Positions 50,383-62,775 of a DNA stretch of 64,000 bases are shown piece by piece (the first letter of the stretch is position 1; each line of letters begins with the position of its first letter). Both the position numbers and the translations under genes were made by a program. The notes below the pieces were generated by a model. The model was not told where the DNA came from, did no database searches, and saw nothing but the letters and a program-made list of their open reading frames with translations. Source of the DNA: Rhodosorus marinus CCMP1338 (taxonomy: Eukaryota > Plantae > Rhodophyta); NCBI GenBank assembly GCA_029953675.1, contig JAMWBK010000007.1, positions 1,550,001 through 1,614,000 on the forward strand, in the 5' to 3' direction.

Positions 50383-51690
50383 TCATCCGTTGCTTCGATT
50401 GGAGAGCCAGATTTCAAAAGTCGCTTGGTCGCTTGCGGACAGAGACACCCAGCGATGTTCTAGCAACTGGGCAAGGTTTACACGCCGTTCTGGATCGGGT
50501 TCAAGACAACCACCGAGAAAGTCAACCAGTTCATCGGAATTGTTGATTTGGTGCAGATCAGAGCACACAGTTGACGTCCTATCAAGCACTTCGAAATGGG
50601 TCTCACAGTCGCTCATGGGGTTTCTAGCAGAATGCAAATACAGGACAATGTCATTTCCGGAACCAGCGGAAGCGGTTAGAAAGGAACCAGCTCTTCCCTA
50701 CCTGCCGAGTACAGACTCCAAAACAGTGATACCCAAAGACCATACATCTGTTTCAAAGCCGTAGGCCCGACCGTGGAGCGCTTCCGGGGATAGATACCAC
50801 AACGTTCCGGCTTGGTCACCAAGCATCTTGCTCCCTGACGAAGCAGAAACATGAAGTTATGCAATCTGTTTTGAATTCTTGACCACTTCCGTTCAAGCAG
50901 TCTTTACCTCCTCCAGTCCTCTGTGCAAGCCCGAAATCGGTCAGCATTGCTCTGGCCCTCTCTCTCGATAGCAGAATATTCGACGGCTTTATATCTCGAT
51001 GGATCCAACCCGCTTCATGAAGAGCCCTGCGGAGGAAGTCAGTCAGGTTTCAGAACGCACAACCTGAGATTACATTCTAGTCATACGCGTTGCTCACTTT
51101 AAGCCTTTCAGACAGTGCAGTGTGATGACCTTGACGGCACATTCAGGCAGCGGTTTGCAGTGTCCCATCGCGTCCTTGAGAGACCCGGAATCCATGTAGT
51201 CGAGTGCGAGGTAGGCTGCACCTTGTCCATCGTAGAATGCTCCTTGAAAGCTTACCCAGAACGGACAGTGCATCGATGCATGGACGCTGAGTTCTCTAAG
51301 CAGCTGGTTTTGCAAGTCAGGATCTCCAACTGGTACGATCTTTAGACATAACGGCTTTCCTGAACTGTTGGCGGAGGAGATCAAAAAGCGCGATAGTCAG
51401 CTTTCGAAGGAGGACAAGTCCGCAGTTTGTCTTGAAGTGAGACACTCACGGTTTGTGAAGGACGAGAGACACGCGGCTCGACGAACCCTTGCCAATCGTC
51501 CTCAGAATTTCAACGTCCTCTAAGGACAATATTGTGAATTCCGGATGCCTGGGAGATCTCGGGGGGACATCTGCTGAAGAGATTTTACCTGATTCGGTGA
51601 GAAGAAATCCATTGGGTTCGAGGATCTTCATGAACTCTCGTATTGGCTCATCCGGTTCCCTGCCATTACAGAGGAAGATTGCCTAGTCTT
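50383..51690 (-). CDS. MAP kinase kinase (STE7/MKK-like), multi-exon; 5' end unresolved
   Basis: [26 protein letters not shown]; CLKIV; [10 protein letters not shown]; LDYMDSGSL; [11 protein letters not shown]; DFG; GTLWYLSPE; DVWSLG; [13 protein letters not shown]. Confidence 0.85.
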
Positions 51691-53356
51691 AGCGAGAACC
51701 TCACTTATTTCCCTGGGAAAGCAGCACAGTGTTGAGAACTTACCGCAAACTTAGGAGAGGAGGACGAACTATGCTGATGTCATCACCAACTGGTTTGTCT
51801 GCCCGAGAGCTACTCACTGATCCAACGCCCAAAAGCCTCCTGAATAACGCCAGGAACATGCTGAGCGCTTACGACATCAATTTGCCAATCCAAAAACCGC
51901 GTATAGGGTAGTAACCCTCCATGCTTCCATCTATACACAGGAACTAGCTGCTAGATTTCTTTCCCCGGGTCAAAAGAATACACAAAAACAACCGAATCGC
52001 TGCACCCGATGTGATGAAAGGGACATTTATCCAAGTATTTGTATCCATAAGCTTTTCAAGTCCTTTTAAGCTTGGGCCAGAACTCCCATAGCAAACAGAA
52101 ACAAAACCTCTCTATCTTCAGCCTTAACACATCTTCGCCAACTACACCTCAAAAAGTCCGTGTCCACATCACCCCAGGATTCAATCTATTTATTTCCGAA
52201 TTACATTTCCTTCAATTATCGACTATTTATTTTCAAAACTCTTAAAACAAAAATCATATTTACAAATAATTTATATTGTTTTTGGTAATGCTGAATTGCA
52301 CTATATTGTTCATTAGAAGTTCAACAAAAGGTCGGGGGGAACTGATGAACACGAGAGGGACCCAGTTACTTGTCATACTAGCGCACCCGACAGGCAGTAC
52401 TGGAATGCCTACTTTGAACTATATGTAGAGTTATACTGTGTGATTGAATTCTGCATCCGCTTTGAGAGTCAGATGAATCCAGCTAAACCCAAGTTGCTGG
52501 GCTAGCTCTGGTTCTTGGGAACATCCGCCGAGATGGTCGATTTTCGAATGCTGGAGACCCGAGGTACCCCACTATTTTGGAAAATGTCCGGAAGCTCCTT
52601 GTGATTGTAGCCTGAGCTTCCTCTGCAGATGAAAACGGCTTGCCATCTTCTAGCCGCGGCTCTGAGTGGCTGTGGATATGCAGTTGCTTTTGTCAGACCA
52701 GCTGGCTCCGTTGAGCGCTTTGCTCTGTCGAGTGGCCCGATTGGAAGCATCGGTTACGTTGGTCCGATATCGCAACTTTGAGAAGCTGTGGCAAAGGAAT
52801 TTTGCCTTATTGAACAAAACTTATGAACATCGGCATCGCCCAGTGCGGTGAGCTCCGAATCTATGGACCTGAAGCTTCTTGGCTTACGGCTTCGTTCCTT
52901 GGGACCATTCCAGTGAACGGTATTGCTTCAAAGACGAATTTTGAAGCGGAGACACAAAGCCCTGTACAACAGGTCCACGAGGCCCCAGCAATTTGCGAGA
53001 CGGTGATCTATACATTTCTCTTGTTACTTTAGTGTTCCTTTCACCTTGTTTGATCAGATCACAGTTTCTTTTCCTATTGCTTTGGAAAACCAATGTTTAA
53101 AATGTCTTCTCCGTTTTCCTCTTAGCCAAACACACTGATGTATTATTCGTTTTGTGCAACTCAATCCTTTATGGTGCGCAGTTCGTTCGGCACCATTCGA
53201 GAGCGCTTCCAACAAAAATTAGAGGGGACAACTCCCTCACTCTCCATCTCCAGATGCTTTGTTGCAGCTTGACCAAGCGAGGATCTCCATTCGAGCCGCG
53301 GGCGTATCGCCGTCGAAGGTCATTCGTATTCTAGTTAATTGCTGTGCCCGGCCTCT

Positions 53357-54959
53357 TCATTTGGTTTCCCAGATTGGTCCGTTGTGGTCTCCGTCAGCGA
53401 GTTCATGTTCGTATTGTACGATGTAAGGCTGCTCAAACAACGTCACTGCAAAATTGAGTGACTTCTCATCCTTGAGATTAACGAACGCACATCCAGTAAT
53501 CTTGGAGTTCACGCAGAGGGAGTAGAACAACGCAGACTGTAGGAAACAATGTGCCAGATTGAGTTACATCATCTCTGTTTCTTCAGGTCGCCAAGCGAGC
53601 ATGCTGGCGAGCAACCTACCGCCTTTCTGTCTTTAGCAGTCATTCGCCAGGCCGGCCTCGGGAACTCAAACATAGAAGCCCTGCAGTCTTCCCCTCCGGC
53701 TACAACCTAACACAGCAGAGCAACCGTTTTTCAGTTCAACCTCCTCGTCGGAGTTCCGAACCGCCTGATTTCTTGCTGGCATTAGTGGCTTACACAATCT
53801 GCAGTAGGCATGACAGCGAGAGAAGTAATCGACGCCGTTGAGGCGACGACTTCGGCAAACACTCCCTCGTCTTCAACCTGATGGAAGGACAGCAAACCAC
53901 TACGATGACCTGTTACGACGACTGAACCTCTCAAGGCGCATGTAGTATAGAAATCTCTGCGTCACAAGAACGAGAAGAAAACCACGCGACAGCGGGCTGC
54001 TAAGCTCAACTAGTTTAGGTCTAGGTCTAAAGCAAATTGTAGTCCTTACCGTCGATTTGGCAGTCGCGTCGCGTAGAGCGTCTTCTTCTGCAGGAAGTCC
54101 TTGTATTCATGGAAAAACTCCCACACGATGCAATTTCCATCCTCGTCACAAGCGACAATCGTAGGGCTTTGCTTGATATCCGAAGCCAGACTTGTAATAG
54201 GACTTCTTAGTTCCTTGACGACTGTAGCGTGCTCAAAGAATCCCATCTCATCTGCTGAAATGCCTAGAACATGGCCGGTGGAAGTGCCCGCGAAAAGAAT
54301 CGATAACAGCTTCTTCTGGTCGACAGTACAAGAGAAGAGGAAGAAGAAACGATAAGCCTGCGCCGAAGGAAACTCCACCTCCGCGGCACAACCTACCGTT
54401 CCAGTTTCGCTCTCATGATTCAATTCGATGCTGGCCATGCCTCGGACGAAGTCAATTCGATTCCCACTCGCCGTGTTTTTCATTGTGAATTCGTAGATTT
54501 TTGAATTGGAGCCTAGGGATCCAATATCCCAAATCTCTACCGATGCTGGTGATTCATCGCTCATCGTGGTCGCAATTACCAGGAGCTTGGAATTTCTAGA
54601 TGGAACTTTCCACCAAAAGCACTGGGTTACCTCTCTACCATCCCTAACGATTCCCGGAACGAAAAAGCTGTCAGTTGAAAAGTAGAGGGCCTCGCGGGTT
54701 GTTTCGCGTTCTTTCAAACGTTCTGAGCAACCCAAAACCGTCGGGTGCCAAATTTTAAACACGAGCTGAACAAGTCTTACTCAAACACAATGATGCTGTC
54801 CCAGTTGTAATACATATTCCACGTCCTCCTCGCCACTTTGACAACAGATCCATCAATCACAGCAAACCTATCTTGTCCATCATAAGCCAGATTATTATAC
54901 AGAAGAGAAGGTCTAAACGTGCTCTCGAACTGTAAAAACGTTGGCTTCTTCCACGGCAT
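53357..54959 (-). CDS. WD40-repeat protein, WDR54-like, multi-exon
   Basis: Colinear similarity to recalled WDR54: SLLYNNLAY, EVTQCFW, FVRGMAS, LFAGTSTGHV, SPITSLA, VACDEDGNCIVW, VTGHRSG, VAAGED, KITGCAF, NFAVT. Confidence 0.7.
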
Positions 54960-57062
54960 CTTTCCCAACCAAACCCGCCCCCACCTTAAAAACAAAAAAA
55001 ACAACACCACAAAAACAAACCTAACCAAACAAAACACCAACTTCCAGGCCAAAAAAACAGTCCATCCAAAACCTCTTAACCTTAATGCATCCTCATCCTA
55101 CAACACGTCCCCTAAGAAAACTTTTTCAAGTACACTTCATACTCCTCTATGCCCTCTCCAAACCCCCTTCCCCACCCACGCATCCCCCTACTAAGCCAGC
55201 TCATCATCATAACCCCGAACTCCGACAATCCAGACCTCCAAATACAAAATTAAGCGTCATTAAAAATTCAATCAATAACGGATTGAATCTATGTTTTAAT
55301 TAATTAGTATGGATATTTGACATATAATAGACTGAATATGTAGATGACACTTGAATGAGATTTAATTATGTGGTGGCCATATCGAGAGCTGCATCATTGT
55401 CAGTACTTTACAACCAATTCATTGTATTTCGAGACAGGGGGGGGTTGATCACCATTGTATATTTTGTTTGTTAATATTTATTGACCATATTGAGTTTTAG
55501 AAAGGAAATGGACAGGGGGTAAATTAGTCTAATTTTTGGATTTTTTTTGGCGAAGAAGTGAAGAGTGTGTACGGAACTGTACTAGGATGGGGTTGAGGGA
55601 TTGGGAAGGGTTTTGAGGGGTTTTGTCTCTGGAAGAGGATGAAGGAATGAAGGAGCAGCATTGAATCTCACTCCCCCCGTCCCCCACCCCTACTACACAC
55701 ACGTTGGTATGGAGGATCTTGTTTTTGTTCGAGAGTCTTTCGTGCAACTGGGTCGCCATCAGCTTGGGTTTTTTTTTTTCGGTGGGGATGTGGTTGAGTG
55801 CTGACGGTGGGGACAGTAGGGTCTATATAGAGGGGTGGTCTGGTGATGTTCAAGTAATACAGGATTAGAGGAGGATCAGGGCCCAGAAAGGCAAACATAT
55901 GGCGGCTGGGTGAGTGCAGCTTACCTTGGCGTGAAGAGATTCAGGATCCACGCCGCTGGTGGCTAGGAGACTCCTACTTGGTGCGGATTGCCTTTCAATG
56001 CGTTCTGAAGCTACTCTGGCCTTCTGCAGTAGAGAATCTCTGTGCACCGCCCAAAAAAACCCTCTTTCGTTCAATTGGTTGCACAGGAGATTTTCCGTAC
56101 GACTAATTCGTAACCCACCCCTCTGGCCAAAGTTATGAATTTCAATGTCTCAAAGTTTTATACAAAAAGATCATTACGTGCTTTTTTTGATTAAAAACGC
56201 ACCCCTTGATTGAACAAAAGAAGATTGAAAGAATTTCGCAGAGGAGAGCATTAACCGTTACGTTGAATACCAGCTGGTCAAAATGGGAGTGTGCTTGCGC
56301 GGCTTGCAGCAGAGTTGTAAGACCCTCGGTTGCGTGTTCAGCTCGCAGATAGGACGGGAATCGGGCGTGTTTCGCACGAAGCTCTGGAAAAATGTGTGAG
56401 CCTCCGAATCGCTTTCTTGATGGATAACCCTGATCCTGAACAATTGAAGAAACTATTGCGTTGACCTTTCCTCAGAAAGTCGTGCTTGTACAGTTTAAGC
56501 CCACAATAACTTGAATTCTTTTTTGCAGGGGACGAATCCAACTCCCCTGTCTCCCGCATCAAGCCCAGGAGTCTTCGTCGGAATCACTCTGCCCATTAAG
56601 AACGATCCCTTTGCTGATCTCTCGAAACTCCGAAGCACCAACAAACTCTATCTGCATATGCGGCGAGGAGAATGGGAGTTGTATGAGAGTTAAAGTTGAG
56701 AATTTTAATCCTCAAGAAAAGCTTATTATTCCAATATCGTCTGCACGTATACCATCCAGTCCAGACTGCATCAGAAGAAGACCCACCAACCCCAAGACCA
56801 AACCCGCCACACCCAATCTCACGGATTACATCGATTCCCACTAAGCTAATTAAGGACAAGCTGTCATATTTTAATCCAATAGAGTTATTTCCCGCGATTC
56901 TGTGGTGATTGGTGATTGGCTTTCTGTTGGGGATACGGATATTTTGTGTTTGGGAAGTCAGTGGGGGAATGTGAGTACGGGATGGGCCGGAGGTTGGAGA
57001 CAGGACTGGAGAGTTCTTGGGAGCGATTGTGACCAATTCTGCAGCTAGCTGAATGGTGATGT

Positions 57063-58423
57063 ATGGCCTTGAGGGGTTTGAAAGTATTTGAGAAGGTTAA
57101 GATGTCTCAGAAGACGATGGAGAGCTTTTTCAAGCGGCCCAAGAGCGTTGCTGCGGCGGATGGGCTGCCAGACGCCAAAGTTCGTAAGGTGGAGGTTGAT
57201 GCGGTGCCTGGGCTTACGGAAGAGCAGAGGAATCAGATCGAGAGAAATAGAAAAGAAGCTCTGGGTCGCCTGAACAGAAATCGGACCGTCGCGCTAGTGC
57301 AATCGGAGAAGGTCGCGTTTGTATCAATGGCAGGTACCACAGGATCGACGAAGATGGAGCAGCTCCTAGATGATTCCTGGAAGCCCATTTTGAAAAATTA
57401 TCTAAATACGCCGCAGTTTAGAGATTTAGACAAGTGGGTCTCCCAGCAGAGAAAAACTCAAAAAGTCTTTCCACCTGAAGCGAACGTTTTCAACGCCTTC
57501 GGAGCCGCCAAGTTTGACGATGTCAAGGTGGTCATCATTGGCCAGGATCCCTACCATGTAATACCACCAAGCTGATCTAGAAATAGTAGCGCTCGATCTC
57601 GGCATCCTGACTGATCACCGTCCTTCGCTTGCGCAAACGGCTAACAGGGAGACGGACAAGCTCATGGGCTCTGCTTCTCCGTTCAGCATGGAGTCGCGAG
57701 GCCACCTAGTCTTCTTAACATATTCAAGGAGCTGCAGAAAGACATTCCAGGGTTTACGATTCCGAAACACGGTAACTTGATGCTTTATGTTAACGCGTGA
57801 TTGGACTATTCCTTCTCTCGAGAATTCCTGACGGAAAAGGGACATCTCTTTGCAAACTTCAGGAAGTCTTCAAAGTTGGGCCGATCAGGGCGTTCTTCTT
57901 CTCAATTCGGTTCTCACAGTCGAAGTAAGCGATAAATCACTGCCACTCAGCTCGTTCCGTGGTATGCACCTAAAACGGTTGCGAACTATGCACGCAATGT
58001 GCTAAGCCCTCCTCACTTCTTCTCTGCTCGTTTTCCTCCCGCCTCCAAGGCGTACAAGGCTGGTTCGCACGCGAACAAGGGCTGGGAAAAGTTCACAGAC
58101 GAGGTGATATCACAGATTAGCTCTCGGAAGAAGAACGTCGTCTTCCTCCTTTGGGTACGTCCGCCCGGCTTGTTGTATTGTGTAAACCCAACCTACTCTC
58201 GGTTGCTGAGGGAACTTTCGTGTTACTTTTTGTACAGGGGCGGTATGCCGAGAACAAAGGCAAAAGAATTGATAGGAAGAAACATCACGTACTCGTGTCC
58301 AGTCACCCTTCGCCGCTGGCCGCATCCCGCGGTGGATGGTTTGGATGCAAGCACTTTTCTAAAGCCAACGAGCTATTGAAGAAATCTGGATTTCCACCCG
58401 TTCAGTGGAACCTGCCTCAATAG
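57063..58423 (+). CDS. UNG: Uracil-DNA glycosylase (family 1), 5 exons
   Basis: PIP-box-like QKTMESFF; RPA-motif-like [17 protein letters not shown]; [12 protein letters not shown]; QAHGLCFSV; [11 protein letters not shown]; [15 protein letters not shown]; [12 protein letters not shown]; VFLLWG; HPSPLA. Confidence 0.97.
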
Positions 58424-59825
58424 GAACTATTCCAACTAAAGTTATTCACAGAGATAAGCCCAGCATAAGCCCGAGATCCCCGGTCAGCGTGAGCCGACCC
58501 AATGAACATCGGTGGTTCCAGGGAAGGTCCATAGAAACAAAATCATTAACATTTGGTTGGGTTTTCCTCAGCTCCGGAGCTTGATGCAATAAGTCGGAAC
58601 TTGGCGTGCAACTAGACCCACCGCTAGCAGGATCGGCCAAGTTTGTAAGTACACCATATGTGGACCACCTCATGATGTACAAAGGCATTCAACGCCAACA
58701 CCCGGCACACTGTCCGACTTAAATCGCTTGGCCATCCGCCACTAGCCGCAGTATAGATCATTGTCGGTGGTGCCTTGCCTTGAAATCGTGTCTCATCATT
58801 CCCGTTCCAGATGATGTACGGCAGCGTACACCAATCATCCACGTAAGGCAGCGCAGATCGACAAGAGCACTTACCAGGATGTATGCACAAACGCAACGGC
58901 TAGATTTCTCTTTTTAAAATTTTCTTTAAAAATTGAAATGCTATGGTCGCCTCTCCGAAAGTGACCCCCGTCCAAATTCGGATAGTAGACGAAATAAGTT
59001 CTATTTTATCATAAATAAATAAATAGAACCAACGCTGAAACATTCACCAGGTGGCGTACAAAAATTTCGAAACGAACATATCTAAGAATAATTAAAACCC
59101 CAAAGTTTTTTCATCGGTTTACAAAAACCAACCGCATCAGCTTGGATCTGGTGACCCAATTAAGACGATCATAAGCCCAAATACACTTTCTAAGAAAACT
59201 AATTGGACAATAGCAAAGACTATAACCAACAAAAAACAGGAATACGATAATAATAAAATTATCAACCAATTATAAAACTTATCTTCATCAGACCCTCTTT
59301 TTTTTTTTCTTGGCTATCTCATGCTTATATTCGTTTTGTTCAAAGAAAAACCCCCCTTAGTTTACGTCGGTCTAATATCAAAAAAGATGAAATATGTTAT
59401 ATATTATAAAGATTATATCCGAGGTAAGGGTTTTCGATTTACCCCGTAATTTTTTTGGTGCATTTGGTGAAAGATAACACCATCTCGGAAAGTGGCTGGA
59501 GCTTTTTCATGCAGGAAAGGAAGAAGTGGACCAGAAGAGGTAAAAAGGAGGCTTTGGGAGAGGAAGAAGGAAGGAGGAAGGGAGGGTTTAGAGGGAATTT
59601 GGCAGGTTTTGGATGGGGATTTGAAGGAGGGTGTGTGTGGATGGTCTGTGGATGTTGAATGGAGGTAGTGTTTATGTGAGAAAGGATTGGGTTGAAGAGC
59701 GTTTGTACAGGTAGCGAGAAGTTTTAGGTTTTGTTGTATCTCCTGAGGGGGGAGGCTGGGAGGAGGTGGGTGGTTTTCGTGTTTATTTTGTTTTATAGTT
59801 AGAACGAGTTAAAAAGAGAAGAAAA

Positions 59826-60590
59826 ATGATTCCTGTACTTGGACTGGGACTTATGGGAGTGGTTGCCCTACTGAGGTTGCGGCCGGACCGGCTTGTGGGC
59901 TTGGGGGTTGGCGTGTTTTACGGGTTGACTGTCTCCATTGCGACGGTTCTGAGGGTACTCCCGAAGAAGAAGCAGAAGAAACCTATGATGGTGTCGGATT
60001 ACATTTCCATGAAAAAGGTAGCGAGGTGAGTTTCTATTTCGTTCATCGTCCGAGAGACAACGTGATTTTATTGTGGTTCCGGGCAAATACCTAAACCGAT
60101 CTTCTACGTACCGTATTTACGTGTTCGCAGGAGAAGGCTGTCGGTGGAAGAAGAGAGTTGTCGAAGAGAGCAAAGAGCAAGGGAGATGGAACGGTACACG
60201 CGCAAAATGGATTCCGAGAAGCTCGCAAAGCTTCAGAATGATCTCGTGCAGCTGAAGTCTGAGATGCAGTTCATGGAGCATATTGACGTATGCCATCTTG
60301 CTCATTACCAAGTCGCTGAGTTGCAAAACTCTAAAAAAACGTCTGCTTGTTTTTTCATCGAAACAGATGGACGATGTGTCCAGGCCGCCATCCATCGGGA
60401 AGGTTGTTTGTTAAGTTCCTGAGCGTGCACTTTGCGTGGCAAGGTCATGCTGAGTTTGGGGCTTGCTTGCACAAGGTTTGTGCTGATTGCCTGAGAGTAC
60501 GATTGTTCTTTGTCTGTTCTGTTTGCTGATACGATTGCCCTCCTGACGTTCATGCAGAAAGCACGATCGTTCTATTGAAGTATGAGGGAT
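59826..60590 (+). CDS. Hypothetical membrane-anchored coiled-coil protein; 3' end unresolved
   Basis: G/T-rich leader; hydrophobic exon 1 (MIPVLGLGLMGVVALL...GVFYGLTVSIATVL) ending at GTGAGT; charged exon 2 (EEESCRREQRAREMERY...LVQLKSEMQF). Confidence 0.45.
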
Positions 60591-61085
60591 TGAAGAGGAC
60601 CGGAAAGCAGCGGAGCACGTAGCGGTAGTTGGATAGTGTAAATTATTATCGCGGTGTAGGAGACTCAGTCGGAGTCTTAAACACGGGCGGAAGGCCAGTG
60701 AGAGTTGAAATTATATTCACAAGTATTCCTGAAGTCCATCAGAAATGAAGAAACATCACGCCGAGGGAATTTGTCATTTCGTCGACACGGAGAAGATGAA
60801 CAATAAAGCGTAATGCGAATCCATATATTTTCTTTGCAGTTGGACACTTGATGTCTTGGCTTCATGAAAGCCGGACCTCTCCATTCAGGAAAACCTTGAA
60901 CCGGCAGATGCGACAACGCTCCGATCCAGACAGTCCCGCTTTAACAATCCAGATCTTCGCACACAAAAACCAACCCAAAAACAGGCACACTCCATGAACC
61001 GTTCCGAAAACATTCTCAACTGATGACAAATGCAAAAAAAACAAACGCAGCATATAGCGGATGCTCAGGAACCAAAAACCAAGGT

Positions 61086-61129
61086 AGAAACGCTTCCGGA
61101 TGGAGATCCCTCCACCCGGAAGCGTTTCT
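61086..61129 (-). other. 20-bp inverted-repeat hairpin
   Basis: AGAAACGCTTCCGG-A-TGGAG-ATCC-CTCCA-C-CCGGAAGCGTTTCT. The single A/C mismatch becomes a G-U pair on the minus-strand RNA. Confidence 0.85.
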
Positions 61130-61341
61130 CGTCCTATTTCGACATGCCCCCCTCACCCCATTAAAGAGGATGGCAGAGCTTCGCAGGTATACTACTCAGC
61201 AGACTTGGTGATGAGCAAGCCTGGCAAAAAACCCTCAGCCAAAAAAGAAAAATCCAGCCTCTTTCCCTGCTTTCGTTGTCCAACCCCATCCGCAAAAAGG
61301 AGTCTCAACAAAATCAACAAAACCTCGAAACAGGGTCACCT

Positions 61342-61648
61342 ACCCTGAAGCCACAAAAATTACAGAAAACCAAGCCCAAATCCCACCCTGAAACACGAAA
61401 TTAAAAAAGATAGACGAAAACCCACCCTGAAGAAAAAGGCTATAATAAACCAATACCAACCCTGAAACAAAAAATGAAAAACCGAAAGAAAAAGCCAAAA
61501 TCTACCCTGAAGTCATGAAAATAAAGAAATATGAAAGCCAGTATCCTCCCTGAAATAAATTCCACTAAATCAAAGCATAGTAGGAACTTTAACTTACCTA
61601 CCCTGAAACAAAAACTCGACGAATAGTCGGAGCCAAACCTACCCTGAG
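61342..61648. repeat. Array of eight (A/T)CCCTGA(A/G) motifs separated by non-repeating A-rich spacers
   Basis: Copies start at 61342, 61385, 61424, 61459, 61504, 61547, 61600 and 61641 (period 35-53 nt). Confidence 0.85.
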
Positions 61649-61914
61649 ACCAAAAATCGAAACACCATGTTTTCCGCCAAAATAGGTGGTCTTTTCTATT
61701 GGATTGATCCATTGAGAGGTATTGGCGGGAAGTCCATTTAACGATGAGGAGGAAGAGCGGGTATCGAACAGTTCTTCTCTCTGGCTCTCTCTCTTTTGTC
61801 TGTAACTCTTTCTGGTATTGCTGAAATGCATTGGGATTGATGAGGAGGAGTTTTGAAGGAGGTGGTTGGAGATCTCGTTGTTTGGCAGTGGCAAATAGCT
61901 GACTTTTCGGGAGG

Positions 61915-62775
61915 ATGGCGGTTTCGGTAAGGCATTGGGTTCCTCCTTTTGGGGGGGGGGGGGGGGGGAATGTCCTGAAGCTTATTCTCCTCGTTGAAAA
62001 AGAAGAAACATCATTAAATCGTTGTTTTTCCTCATGTGCTTGTTTGCAGACGACATTCGCTCCGTCCAAACTCAAAAGGATCGTCAAGGCTGACGACGAG
62101 GTTGCGATGATAAAAAAGGAGGCATTGCAGGTATTGGACCGAGCCACGGTACGAGCACGTTCCCTTCTTCCAAACGTGACTAACGAACAAACCGTCAAGC
62201 GTTCTCAATCACTCCGAATGCGTATCTCAGGTCGAGTTTATAGGCGTGCTGGTCGATGAATGGGTAAAGGACTCGAGAAGTGCCAAAACTTTGACGTATG
62301 CAAAGCTGTCTCAGAAGATCAATTCAATTGAAGCTTTCGAGTTTCTCAGTGGTGAGCCTATTTTCTGACTCTTCGAAGACACGTCGTTGGCACAGTGTAG
62401 TCACGTCTTCCGGTTGCCAGAGTGCTTTGTTGACACCCCTATTGTCCACCGGTATCCACTACTTCAGAGATCGTTCCGGAGGAGAAAAATGGAGGAGCGG
62501 ACGCAATGCTTGCGATCTTCAAGAAAAACAAAGGATCAGCTGCTCAGGAAGGTGATCAGAGCGAAGAGCAGCCGGGCGATGTGGAGGATGAGTTGGAGAA
62601 GGAGGAAGCGATTGACAGGGCTAATGCGGAAAATGATGATGACGAGGTCGAACCTTCGGATGTGGAGCAGAGCTCAAATGCTGACGCTGAATCGAAGATT
62701 GCGGATTCAGGTGACGATGAACTTGCGGAGCCTGATACCGAGACGGTACCTGTCGACGCGGATATGGACGAGTAG
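61915..62775 (+). CDS. H2A-like histone-fold protein (POLE4/Dpb3, CHRAC1 or NF-YC family) with an acidic tail, 4 exons
   Basis: MAVS|TTFAPSKLKRIVKADDEVAMIKKEALQVLDRAT|VEFIGVLV...AKTLTYAKLSQKINSIEAFEFLS|EIVP..., then a D/E-rich tail to the stop at 62775. Confidence 0.8.

Noticed and set aside
50164-50385. Reading frame stays open for about 72 codons after the kinase TGA (readthrough, Sec or MKK3-like NTF2 tail)
   Set aside because: The extension shows no NTF2-like motif, and no SECIS or readthrough context is evident; an open stretch of this length can arise by chance.
56780-56850. REIGCGGFG kinase Gly-loop-like peptide on the minus strand
   Set aside because: No downstream kinase subdomains; it arises from a G/T-rich low-complexity tract.
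60347-60529. RING-like CLHKVCADC...CSVC segment
   Set aside because: The first CxxC pair is missing, the frame stops right after the last Cys, and a likely intron interrupts it.
61342-61648. CRISPR array interpretation of the repeat-spacer geometry
   Set aside because: The repeat is only 7-8 nt and non-palindromic, the spacers are compositionally uniform and A-rich, there are no cas genes, and the context is intron-rich eukaryotic DNA.
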